This document shows, one piece after another, positions 1 to 8,841 of a stretch of 64,000 bases of DNA (position 1 is the stretch's first letter; each line of letters opens with the position of its first letter). A program made the position numbers and the translations under genes. The notes under the pieces are model-generated. The model did not search any database and was not told the origin of the DNA. It saw nothing but the letters and a program-made list of their open reading frames with translations. Source of the stretch: Planctomycetota bacterium (lineage in GTDB: Bacteria > Pseudomonadota > Gammaproteobacteria > Eutrophobiales > Eutrophobiaceae); NCBI GenBank assembly GCA_047638675.1, contig JBLIML010000004.1, forward strand, positions 1,360-65,359. The letters are read 5' to 3'.

Positions 1-1
1 T

Positions 2-736
2 AAGCCAGCAATGAAGGGAGGGCCGAATGGAGCGGATTTTTCAGATACATCCTGGAACGAATGGTTCTGTTTAAAGCTCTGTAATACCTTTGGCTTGAAT
101 ACAGCAGAAGCGGATGTTCGCTTGTTCGATAATAAGCCGGTCATTATCGTAGAACGCTTTGACCGTGTATGGAGAGACGGCACTCTATATCGTATTCCTC
201 AAGAAGACTTATGTCAGGCAACTGGCGTTTCGCCAACCAGGAAATATCAGAATGATGGTGGTTTGAGTATGGTTGATATTCTGGGTTTTCTGGATGGGGC
301 GGCAGATCCAAAGAAAGATAAGCTAACTCTTTTGAAAGCGCAGATTGTGTTTTGGCTTCTATCGGCCATTGATGGTCATGCCAAGAATTTTTCAATATTT
401 CTAACGCCAGGTGGATATGAGTTAACTCCCCTTTACGACGTTATGTCAGCGGCACCTTATCCCGAGCTTTCACCGCATAAAATTAAATTGGCAATGTCGG
501 CAGGTGATAATCGTCATTATCGCATCAAAGAAATTCTTCCCAGGCATTTTTATCAGACGGCGAAAAAAGGTGGGTTATCAGAAGAGGATATGGATGCGAT
601 ATTCGGAGAGATAAAAGAAAGACTTGGTCGTGGATTTGATGAGGAGATTGCTGAAGCGCTTGCGATAGGAATGCCAGAAGCTTGTTACGCATCAATACTA
701 GATGCCTTAGGAAATAAGGCAAAACGGCTAGAGTGA
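2..736 (+). CDS. hipA: HipA-family toxin kinase, C-terminal part (5' end lies outside the window)
   Basis: The frame is open to the window edge. HipA C-domain pattern is present: IIVERFDR, QEDLCQATG, KYQNDGG, DGHAKNFS. Confidence 0.8.
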   Translation, partial: KPAMKGGPNGADFSDTSWNEWFCLKLCNTFGLNTAEADVRLFDNKPVIIVERFDRVWRDGTLYRIPQEDLCQATGVSPTRKYQNDGGLSMVDILGFLDGAADPKKDKLTLLKAQIVFWLLSAIDGHAKNFSIFLTPGGYELTPLYDVMSAAPYPELSPHKIKLAMSAGDNRHYRIKEILPRHFYQTAKKGGLSEEDMDAIFGEIKERLGRGFDEEIAEALAIGMPEACYASILDALGNKAKRLE

Positions 737-751
737 TCCGGATCCGTCCTG

Positions 752-3334
752 TTGCGATGCAAGCCAACCCAATATTTAAAGACTACGCCATTGAATCCTA
801 CTGATATTAGATTGCCTGTTGTCGAAATTCTCGATGAGTTGAAGTCGACACTCAAACGGCAGCATGAGGCAATTCTGCAGGCGCCACCCGGCGCAGGAAA
901 AACCACCCTTGTGCCGCTAGCACTGGTAGATGAACCCTGGCTAGAGCAAAAGAAAATATTAATGCTGGAGCCACGCCGCATTGCAACTCGCGCAGCGGCG
1001 CACCGTATGGCGGATCTGCTTCACGAAGCTGTGGGCCAGACCGTGGGATATCGAATGCGACTTGATACCAGGGTTTCCTCTCACACAAAAATCGAAGTGA
1101 TTACAGAAGGCATCCTCACCCGGATGCTTCAGGAGGACCCCTCCCTTAGCGACGTAGGTTTGGTTATTTTCGATGAGTTTCATGAACGTAGCCTGGACGC
1201 GGATCTGGCGCTTGCCTTGTGCCTGAAGGGTCGATCCTTATTCAGGGAGGACGATCCACTTAAAGTACTCATCATGTCGGCAACGCTTGATAGCCATAAG
1301 CTGGCGGAGTTACTCAGGGCACCTGTTATCCAAAGTGAAGGCAAGCAATTTCCGGTAGATGTCATCTACGGCAAAGCTGTTCAGCCGCGAGAATCAATCA
1401 ATAACAAGACGGTTGCGGCAACCCTAAGCGCACTGTCTGACAACCCCGAGAGCAGTATTCTCGTATTCCTCCCCGGCCAGAGTGAAATCAGGAGCGTGGA
1501 AGACTCGCTTAGGATCGAGTTACATAATAGAAAAATTAGCGGCGTTCATCTGTGCTCCCTGTATGGCAATCTTTCCCTGGAAGCACAACAAAGTGCTGTC
1601 GCACCGGTAGCAAAGCCCGGTGAGAGAAAAATCGTACTGGCAACCAATATCGCAGAAACCAGCTTAACCATCGATGGTGTGGATGTTGTCATCGACACGG
1701 GTCTCGCCAGGGAATCTGTCTTCGATCCGACAACGGGAATGACACGGCTGCACACACGAAAAATATCCCAGGCATCGAGCACACAACGAATGGGCCGGGC
1801 AGGCAGATTGCGCCCCGGAAAATGCTATCGGCTCTGGTCAAAAAGTCAGCAGGATCAGTTGGCGCCTCATGCAACGCCAGAGATATTAAGCGCCGACCTC
1901 ACCTCGGTCGCGCTGCAACTTCTACAATGGGGGATAAATGATCCGATGGAACTCGCCTGGCTGGATCCACCAGCAAGCGGTCCCTGGTTGCAGGCAGTAT
2001 CGTTGTTGCTGAGACTCGGCGCGATAGTAAAGTCAGATAAGGGACTACAATTAACTGAACACGGCACCCAGATGGCGGGCCTTGCCGTGCACCCTCGCCT
2101 TGCGCATATGCTGATCTGCGGCGAATCGATTGGGCATGCAGACACAGCCAGTCTCATTGCGAGCATCCTGTCCGATCGCGATCCATTGAGTCGGGAGACG
2201 CCTGATATGAACGAGAGAATTGATATCCTGCAGGGACAATCAACATGCCCGAATCAACATCGTGGCTGGTGCCGTCGCACCCGTCAGCTCGCCGAAAAAA
2301 TTTCTGCGCAAATCAAACAGCTCGTCATCGCTACAGTGACGAACCCACTTAAGCCTCATCAGGTATCAGGCTATCTCATCGCCTGCGCCTACCCTGATCG
2401 GATTGCCAGGCGTCGACACGCTGGTGGCTTTCAATTGGCGAATGGCCGGGGAGCAAGCATCCCGGGAAACCATGCTCTGGAGGAGTCCAAGTGGCTAGCC
2501 GTCGCTGAGATCGGCGGCATCGCGAGATCGAAAGGCGACATGATTCGATCGGCTGCAACGTTAGATGAAACACTATTCGAATCACTACTCTCAGAGCAGG
2601 TGACGAACAACACCATTGTTGAGTGGGACAGCAAAACAAAACGCTTCATTGCCGAAGAAAGACAACAAATTGGCGATCTCGTTTTAAGCCGCAACAAACT
2701 CGCAAAGGTGCCGGCTGAGGCCAAGAAAGAAGCGCTCATAAAACATGTCCAAACCTCAGGCCTGGAAATCTTACCGTTTACACCGGAGCTTCGACAATGG
2801 CAGGCTCGCGTTGAACTCATCCGCGCTAATAGCGGCGATCTTACCTTGCCGGACGTGTCCGATGAACACCTGCTGGTTTCCATGAATGAGTGGCTTGGGC
2901 CGTATCTTGAACCCGTCAACCTGCTAAGCCATTTTAAGAAGCTTGATTTAAAATCCATTCTTACCTCGCTACTGACGTGGGAGCAGAATCAACAACTGAA
3001 TGCACTGGCACCGCAACGCTTGCAGGTGCCTTCCGGTTCGAGTTACGCGATTGATTACACAACTACGCCGCCGGTACTCGCAGTCAAGCTGCAGGAAATG
3101 TTTGGATGTGTTGATACACCGACAGTCCTCAATGGCCAGGTGCCAATCACTGTCCATCTGCTATCGCCCGCCGGCAGACCTCTACAGGTTACTCAGGATC
3201 TGGCGGGGTTCTGGCAAACTTCCTATCAGGACGTCAGAAAGGAAATGAAGGGGCGCTATCCAAAACATCCGTGGCCGGAAGACCCGCAAAATGCCGTACC
3301 AACAAGAAGAACAAAACCGAGACGAAAGGATTAG
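752..3334 (+). CDS. hrpB: ATP-dependent RNA helicase HrpB (DEAH-box)
   Basis: Motifs: GAGKTT (Walker A), DEFHERS (motif II), MSATLD, TNIAETSLTIDGV, QRMGRAGR. Long HrpB-type C-terminal domain. Listed start is TTG at 752; in-frame TTG at 791 gives an N-terminus closer to E. coli HrpB. Confidence 0.92.
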   Translation: MRCKPTQYLKTTPLNPTDIRLPVVEILDELKSTLKRQHEAILQAPPGAGKTTLVPLALVDEPWLEQKKILMLEPRRIATRAAAHRMADLLHEAVGQTVGYRMRLDTRVSSHTKIEVITEGILTRMLQEDPSLSDVGLVIFDEFHERSLDADLALALCLKGRSLFREDDPLKVLIMSATLDSHKLAELLRAPVIQSEGKQFPVDVIYGKAVQPRESINNKTVAATLSALSDNPESSILVFLPGQSEIRSVEDSLRIELHNRKISGVHLCSLYGNLSLEAQQSAVAPVAKPGERKIVLATNIAETSLTIDGVDVVIDTGLARESVFDPTTGMTRLHTRKISQASSTQRMGRAGRLRPGKCYRLWSKSQQDQLAPHATPEILSADLTSVALQLLQWGINDPMELAWLDPPASGPWLQAVSLLLRLGAIVKSDKGLQLTEHGTQMAGLAVHPRLAHMLICGESIGHADTASLIASILSDRDPLSRETPDMNERIDILQGQSTCPNQHRGWCRRTRQLAEKISAQIKQLVIATVTNPLKPHQVSGYLIACAYPDRIARRRHAGGFQLANGRGASIPGNHALEESKWLAVAEIGGIARSKGDMIRSAATLDETLFESLLSEQVTNNTIVEWDSKTKRFIAEERQQIGDLVLSRNKLAKVPAEAKKEALIKHVQTSGLEILPFTPELRQWQARVELIRANSGDLTLPDVSDEHLLVSMNEWLGPYLEPVNLLSHFKKLDLKSILTSLLTWEQNQQLNALAPQRLQVPSGSSYAIDYTTTPPVLAVKLQEMFGCVDTPTVLNGQVPITVHLLSPAGRPLQVTQDLAGFWQTSYQDVRKEMKGRYPKHPWPEDPQNAVPTRRTKPRRKD

Positions 3335-3367
3335 AATGGTGCTCCAGGATAATAATATGAGACAAGC

Positions 3368-4231
3368 ATGCTGACCCTCGGGCAAACCTACAACTTGCGT
3401 GTAGTAAAAATAATTGATCAGGGCGCCTATGTGGATGGGGAGGAACTGGGCGAAATCCTGTTGCCAACCAAACATTGCCCCCCTGACCTTGCGGTAGACA
3501 GTGAGCTACCTGTTTTCCTTTATCAGGATTCTGAAACCCGACTCATCGTCACGACACAAACTCCCAAAGTACAGGTTGGGGAATTCGCTTACCTGAAAGT
3601 TGTTGAGAACACAGATTACGGTTCTTTTATGGACTGGGGTCTGGACAAAGACTTGCTGCTACCTTTTGGCGAGCAGCACAGGCCAATGGAGGTGGACCGA
3701 TCCTATCTGGTGTATGTCTATTTGAACAAGGCTGATGGCAGAATTACCGCTTCATCCAAAGTAGAAAAGTTTCTAGATACTCAATCGGCACACGACTTCG
3801 CACCAGGCCAACAGGTTGACCTTATTATCGCAAACAGCACTGACCTGGGATTTAAGGCCATTATCAATCACAGCCATTGGGGACTACTCTACAAAGATGA
3901 GGTGCATGAACGGCTTAGTTTTGGTCAATCGAGGCGTGGTTTCATTAAATTTGTGAGACCTGATGGCAAGATTGACCTGGCCCTCAGGGAGGAACAAATC
4001 ACACGAGACCAATACACCATGACAGTTGTTAATTACCTCAAGGAGCACGATGGATTTGCAGCCGCTCATGACAAAACAGATCCTGAGATAATTCAGGCGC
4101 TTTTCGGTATGAGTAAAAAATCCTTTAAGAAAGTCATCGGCAGACTCTACAAACAGCGTATTATTAAGATTCAAACCGATGGCATTCGCCTCAACAATGA
4201 GACCACCAAGCCAACAAAAAACGGAACTTAA
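3368..4231 (+). CDS. CvfB/YitL-family S1-like RNA-binding protein
   Basis: 287 aa. Repeated S1-like segments (YNLRVVKIIDQGAYVD, EFAYLKVVENTDYGSFMDWG, DLIIANSTDLGFKAII) and a basic C-terminal winged-helix-like tail. Confidence 0.7.
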   Translation: MLTLGQTYNLRVVKIIDQGAYVDGEELGEILLPTKHCPPDLAVDSELPVFLYQDSETRLIVTTQTPKVQVGEFAYLKVVENTDYGSFMDWGLDKDLLLPFGEQHRPMEVDRSYLVYVYLNKADGRITASSKVEKFLDTQSAHDFAPGQQVDLIIANSTDLGFKAIINHSHWGLLYKDEVHERLSFGQSRRGFIKFVRPDGKIDLALREEQITRDQYTMTVVNYLKEHDGFAAAHDKTDPEIIQALFGMSKKSFKKVIGRLYKQRIIKIQTDGIRLNNETTKPTKNGT

Positions 4232-4233
4232 CT

Positions 4234-4719
4234 ATTAACAACAACGATATTCTCCGCCGACTTCGCTATGCATTTGATTTTAGCGATTCGAAAATGATCG
4301 CCGTCTTCGCACAAGCTGAGCTCGAAGTAAGCCGCAGCCAGGTAAGTGACTGGTTGAAAAAGGACGAAGACTCCGAGCAGCAGCCGTGCGATGACAGGAT
4401 TTTGGCCTGCTACCTAAATGGCCTGATTAACGAGATGCGCGGCAAGAAAGAAGGTAGGCAACCGGAACCGGAAGACAAACTCGATAACAACATTATCTTC
4501 AGGAAACTCAAGATAGCCCTTAACCTGCAGGCTGAAGACATATTAAGAATTCTGGCGCTTGTCGATATTACGATAAGCAAGCATGAACTCAGCGCATTTT
4601 TCAGAAAGAAAGGGCACAAGCATTACAGAGAGTGTCAGGAACAAATCCTGAGAAATTTCCTACACGGTATCCAGATAAAATACCGAGACGAAACAGAGAT
4701 CGAAAATAACGCAGACTAG
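4234..4719 (+). CDS. DUF1456 (YehS-like) protein, probably with a non-canonical ATT start
   Basis: The ORF track starts at ATG 4294. The conserved-looking N-terminal motif NNDILRRLRYAFDFSDSK is encoded in-frame upstream. No ATG, GTG or TTG lies between the in-frame stop at 4198-4200 and 4294. Confidence 0.6.
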   Translation: MNNNDILRRLRYAFDFSDSKMIAVFAQAELEVSRSQVSDWLKKDEDSEQQPCDDRILACYLNGLINEMRGKKEGRQPEPEDKLDNNIIFRKLKIALNLQAEDILRILALVDITISKHELSAFFRKKGHKHYRECQEQILRNFLHGIQIKYRDETEIENNAD

Positions 4720-5077
4720 TTCAGCAGCATAACGGCGAACCGCCCCAGCATCACGGGTTCAAACTTATGTGGCCAATATGATTTAATCTCTTAACCGGGG
4801 TTAGGGTAATCCTATCCCAGTTTGACGCGCACATTCTAAAAGGGACTGGACTGAGGCAATTCCAGCGTCGATTGATGTTGTTTTGCGTTCCCGAAAAGAT
4901 CCAAAGACGCAGACCCTATTAATTCTATTAGCAGCAAGAGGGCCAGGAGTTTTTACTCGCCATGTGCGCTTTTTGTGTGTCACAATTGTGCCCTGTTATG
5001 CTCAGTTAGGCATATTTTGCAACGAACGCCCTGTCTAACTATTTGTTAATTAAAATGTTATATTTCCCAAAATAAAT

Positions 5078-5122
5078 CTGAAAATCCCTATGTCGGTGGT
5101 TCAATTCCACCCCCGGCCACCA
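5078..5122 (+). other. 3' half of a tRNA-Phe(GAA) gene without a 5' half (att-like remnant)
   Basis: Reads CTGAAAA / TCCCT / ATGTC / GGTGG-TTCAATT-CCACC / CCCGGCC / A / CCA. These are the anticodon loop, 3' anticodon stem, variable loop, T arm, 3' acceptor strand, discriminator and CCA. No GGCCGGG acceptor 5' strand or D arm lies upstream. Confidence 0.75.
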
Positions 5123-5147
5123 TCTTCTTAAATACTGGTATTTAATT

Positions 5148-6095
5148 ATGGAAAAATCGATCGATCAAGCCGTGCATCGCAGTAATTTGTACGGCACAAA
5201 CCCCGAGCAAACCTATAGTGGTGCTCTCAGTTTCATGCGTCGTTTGTATACGCGTGAACTTAAAGGTGTGGATGTGGCTGTTACTGGCATTCCGTTTGAT
5301 ACGGCCACAACCAATAGGCCGGGAACACGTTTTGGACCGCGTTCAATTCGGGAGGCTTCCACGCAAATTGCCTGGGCGCAGATGGATGGCTGGGATTTTG
5401 ATGCCTTTGATAAACTGGCGGTGATTGACTACGGGGACTGTGATTTTGACCACGGTCGGCCTGAAAAAGTACCAGCACGTATTCAGAAACATACGAAAGC
5501 GATAATTTCCGAAAATGTTGGCTTGCTAACATTGGGTGGTGATCATTTTATAACTTATCCGATTTTGAAAGCACACGCTGAGCTTTACGGCCCTTTATCC
5601 CTCATTCATTTTGATGCACATTCCGATACCTGGGCAGATGAAGAGGGTCGGATTGACCATGGCACCATGTTTTATCATGCCGCGAAAGAAGGGATTGTGA
5701 ATGCGGAAAAATCAGTTCAAATTGGTTTACGTACGCACAATGATGATGCCTGGGGTTTTAATGTATTAAAGGCACCGTGGGTACATGAGCAGGGAATAAA
5801 TGCAGTGGTCGAACGAACAAAGGAAATCGTTGGCGATAACTTATGTTATTTAACATTTGATATAGACTGTCTTGATCCGAGTTACGCTCCGGGCACGGGG
5901 ACACCGGTGATCGGTGGTTTAACGACGCATCAGGCACAACAGATTTTGCGCGGCTTTGCCGGGATAAACCTGGTGGGTATGGATCTGGTGGAAGTAGCGC
6001 CGGCCTATGATGTCGGCGATATCACCTCACTAGCTGGCGCCAGTCTGGCCCTGGAGATGTTGTATGTTTATGCTTCCAATCCAAACCGCAAGTAG
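5148..6095 (+). CDS. speB: Agmatinase (ureohydrolase family)
   Basis: Collinear with E. coli SpeB. Mn-site motifs: GGDHFITYP, HFDAHSDT, LTFDIDCLDPSYAPGTGTPVIGGLT, VEVAPAYD. Confidence 0.85.
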   Translation: MEKSIDQAVHRSNLYGTNPEQTYSGALSFMRRLYTRELKGVDVAVTGIPFDTATTNRPGTRFGPRSIREASTQIAWAQMDGWDFDAFDKLAVIDYGDCDFDHGRPEKVPARIQKHTKAIISENVGLLTLGGDHFITYPILKAHAELYGPLSLIHFDAHSDTWADEEGRIDHGTMFYHAAKEGIVNAEKSVQIGLRTHNDDAWGFNVLKAPWVHEQGINAVVERTKEIVGDNLCYLTFDIDCLDPSYAPGTGTPVIGGLTTHQAQQILRGFAGINLVGMDLVEVAPAYDVGDITSLAGASLALEMLYVYASNPNRK

Positions 6096-6113
6096 TTGCG
6101 TGTTTCGGCGTTG

Positions 6114-7400
6114 TTAGCGTAAATCCATTAAACGAAAATAAATCATACCGAGCGCGACAAGGTTGTTTCCGATCCATTGACTGCCGGGAATGCGGAAATG
6201 TCTGACATCATTGAACAAATCAAATCTTTCGAAGGTGCCGGAAATCGTCTCAGCCAATATTTCCCCGACAAGGTGGGTGACGTTTACGCCGTGACCTGAA
6301 TAACCCTGTGCATAATAGATATTGTCATCCAGTCTGCCGATGTGAGGAATACGGTTAATCACGATGCCGATTTTACCACCCCATTCATAGTCGATTTTTA
6401 CCTCTTTTAGTTGAGGGTATATTTTTATCATTCTCGGCAGCATGGTTTTTTTGATACTTAAGGGATCACGCCCGGAATAATTACAACGTCCACCAAACAA
6501 CATGCGTTTATCTGCGCTTAATCTGAAGTAATCAAGCACGTAATTTGGATCACACACGGCCATATCAAGCGGGTTTATTTCATGAGCCAATTCATCCGAC
6601 AAAGGCTCGGTGGCAATGATGAAGCTTCCCGCGGGAAAGACTACGCCGCTAAGTTTTTGCTGTTCAAGTGCATGATAAGCATTGCCAGCCAGAATAACGA
6701 AATCACTTTCAACATAACCGTTTTCGGTATGCACTCTGGGTCTTTTACCGTGTTCAATTCGGGTGACAGGCGATTGTTCAAATAGGCTCGCGCCCTGCTC
6801 TACAGCGGCCTTCGCTTCACCTATACACAAGTTCAAAGGATGCAGGTGACCATTCGCCATGTTAATCAAACCTGATCGGTATGCTGTTGTCCCCAGTACA
6901 TCCGACATTTCTTCTGTGGGAACCATTCTTACTTCGTGAGGGAAATTATGCTTTTGAAATTCTTCGTATTGTTCGATTAAATCGCGTTCGTGTCGTGCTT
7001 TGATGGCGACGTCCATGTAGCCGAACTTCAGATCGCAATTGATTTTGTATTTTTCGACACGCAGCTTCACTATTTCGTTGCCCGCCCAGCGCATTTGCCA
7101 GAGAAGGTCACTTATATTTTTATCCTGGTATTTTTGCAGGCGCGCCTCACCACTTATACCACCAATCAGCTGTCCGCCATTTCGACCGGAAGCGCCCCAG
7201 GAAACCTGATTGCTTTCCACAACACAGACCTTGTAACCACGTTCGGCCAGGTGCAAGGCTGAAGATATACCGGTAAAACCCGCACCAATGATACAAACAT
7301 CCGCGCTATGTGCGCCTTCGAGTACTGGATAATCAGGAATACTATTTGCAGTTGCTGCGTAATAGGAGCCGGTGTGGGGCTGTGGCGAATTGCTGGACAT
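6114..7400 (-). CDS. FAD-dependent oxidoreductase, gamma-glutamylputrescine oxidase-like (PuuB/PauB family)
   Basis: 428 aa. N-terminal DVCIIGAGFTGISSALHLAERG dinucleotide fold (DAO family). Last gene of the spu-like operon. Confidence 0.8.
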   Translation of the reverse strand: MSSNSPQPHTGSYYAATANSIPDYPVLEGAHSADVCIIGAGFTGISSALHLAERGYKVCVVESNQVSWGASGRNGGQLIGGISGEARLQKYQDKNISDLLWQMRWAGNEIVKLRVEKYKINCDLKFGYMDVAIKARHERDLIEQYEEFQKHNFPHEVRMVPTEEMSDVLGTTAYRSGLINMANGHLHPLNLCIGEAKAAVEQGASLFEQSPVTRIEHGKRPRVHTENGYVESDFVILAGNAYHALEQQKLSGVVFPAGSFIIATEPLSDELAHEINPLDMAVCDPNYVLDYFRLSADKRMLFGGRCNYSGRDPLSIKKTMLPRMIKIYPQLKEVKIDYEWGGKIGIVINRIPHIGRLDDNIYYAQGYSGHGVNVTHLVGEILAETISGTFERFDLFNDVRHFRIPGSQWIGNNLVALGMIYFRLMDLR

Positions 7401-7414
7401 AAGGTGATTACTCG

Positions 7415-8824
7415 TTAAAGACTGGGATGGTTATCTTGCCATTTCAAATGTGTTTGCAGGTTTGCGCCGATTTGTAAAACGGTTAAATCATCATAAGTTC
7501 GGCCAACTATTTGAATGCCGGTGGGCACGCCGTTTTCGGCTTTGCCGGAAGGCACCGATAATACGGGGCATCGACCAAGCATATTAAATGGCCAGGTCAT
7601 GCACTCATCAAGAATCAGTTTAAATGCCTGAGGTTTGCCTTCTGCTGGCCAGCCGCTCGTTGCTATGCTCGGGCAAATCAGGGCTTCAAAATCATCGAGA
7701 ATATCGCCAAGGTCCTTATACATTTCACCTGCCGCGCTGATTGATTGAAGATATTCTTCCGTGCTTGTGGCGAGACCCATTTCCGCCCATTCAATACTGT
7801 AATCATCCATTTTTTCTTTTCCCTGAGAAAAGCGTTTGGCAATATCCCTGCCGGTGCGAAAACCAAGATGCGCTTTTGCAGCATTGCCCACCGTCACTTT
7901 CCAGGGAATATCGACTTCCTCAACTGTTGCGCCCAGATCTCTCAATGCCTGACAGGCTGTGTTCATGTTATTGCGCACAACTGGCGCTACATTAAAAAAC
8001 CCGAGGTCAAAGGAACAGGCGATCCGCATGTCCTTGATCTTATCGAAGCGACTGGGTACTTCGAGTTTTGGTCGGAGACTGGCTATGTCGTGAGGGTGAG
8101 GTCCATTGATCACCTGAAACATCAGCGCGCAATCTTCGACTGTTCGCGCCATGGGTCCGTTATGGTTATAGCTATCGAGGGCGTAATAAGCCTCACCCTC
8201 CGGTACCCGGCCGTAACTTGGTTTTAAACCCACAAGGCCACACAAACTTGCCGGGACTCTGATTGAACCGGCAATATCAGAACCGCTTGCCAGAGTACTT
8301 GTGCCAGCAGCGAGCGATGCACCGGCGCCACCTGAGGACCCGCCGGGACTGTAGTCGAGATTCCATGGATTACGCGTTATGCCATGCAAACGATTACGGG
8401 TAAATACGGCGCTGGAAAATTCCGGGACATTGCTGCGCGCATGTATGACAGCTCCGGCATCAATCAGTCTTGTTACTAAAGGATGGTCACTCTCATCAAT
8501 ATTGTCTTTGAATAACAAAGAACCTTGCGTCGTATTTTCCCCGCGCATGTTTGTTTCATCTTTAAGGGCGACACTTATTCCCGTCAGAGGTCCCAGCTTA
8601 TCCGGCGATTTCAGGTAGGCAAGTTCAGCCTGTTTGGCCAGGGCTCTCGCTATTTCGAAGCGCTCGTAGGAGAAGGCATTTATTTTGGGTTCAACAATTT
8701 CCGCTCTGGCAATTTGTGCATCCAGCAGCTCAAGTGGTGAGAGAGACTTAGTTTTGAACAGCGTTATTGCTTCAGTGGCGCTTAAATAGCAAAGCTCGTC
8801 GTTTTTACTGACAGTCGATTGCAT
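7415..8824 (-). CDS. Amidase-signature family amidase
   Basis: 469 aa. GGSSGGAGASLAAG signature with downstream GSDIAGSIRVPA. Confidence 0.85.
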   Translation of the reverse strand: MQSTVSKNDELCYLSATEAITLFKTKSLSPLELLDAQIARAEIVEPKINAFSYERFEIARALAKQAELAYLKSPDKLGPLTGISVALKDETNMRGENTTQGSLLFKDNIDESDHPLVTRLIDAGAVIHARSNVPEFSSAVFTRNRLHGITRNPWNLDYSPGGSSGGAGASLAAGTSTLASGSDIAGSIRVPASLCGLVGLKPSYGRVPEGEAYYALDSYNHNGPMARTVEDCALMFQVINGPHPHDIASLRPKLEVPSRFDKIKDMRIACSFDLGFFNVAPVVRNNMNTACQALRDLGATVEEVDIPWKVTVGNAAKAHLGFRTGRDIAKRFSQGKEKMDDYSIEWAEMGLATSTEEYLQSISAAGEMYKDLGDILDDFEALICPSIATSGWPAEGKPQAFKLILDECMTWPFNMLGRCPVLSVPSGKAENGVPTGIQIVGRTYDDLTVLQIGANLQTHLKWQDNHPSL

Positions 8825-8841
8825 AAGGTCTTGCTTTCGAC

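Noticed and set aside
2431-2958. Long antisense or alternate-frame ORFs inside strong genes (for example 2431-2958, 24159-24581, 28027-28440, 28826-29299, 44727-45365, 52711-53121)
   Set aside because: Each lies wholly within a CDS that has clear family motifs on the other strand or in another frame. Their compositions (Ser/Arg/Pro/Cys-rich) are typical of shadow ORFs.
4801-4983. A 60-aa minus-strand ORF as an integrase remnant
   Set aside because: There is only a faint FR...AG...VQSLLE resemblance to tyrosine-recombinase box II, and the spacing to any box I-like segment is wrong. It cannot be supported without a database search.
4741-5122. A complete tRNA or a tmRNA (ssrA) ending at the CCA at 5120-5122
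   Set aside because: - No complementary 5' acceptor strand (GGCCGGG) anywhere in the preceding about 380 nt.
- No D arm.
- No tag-peptide reading frame or tRNA-Ala-like G:U acceptor.
- Only the 3' 45 nt fit tRNA geometry.
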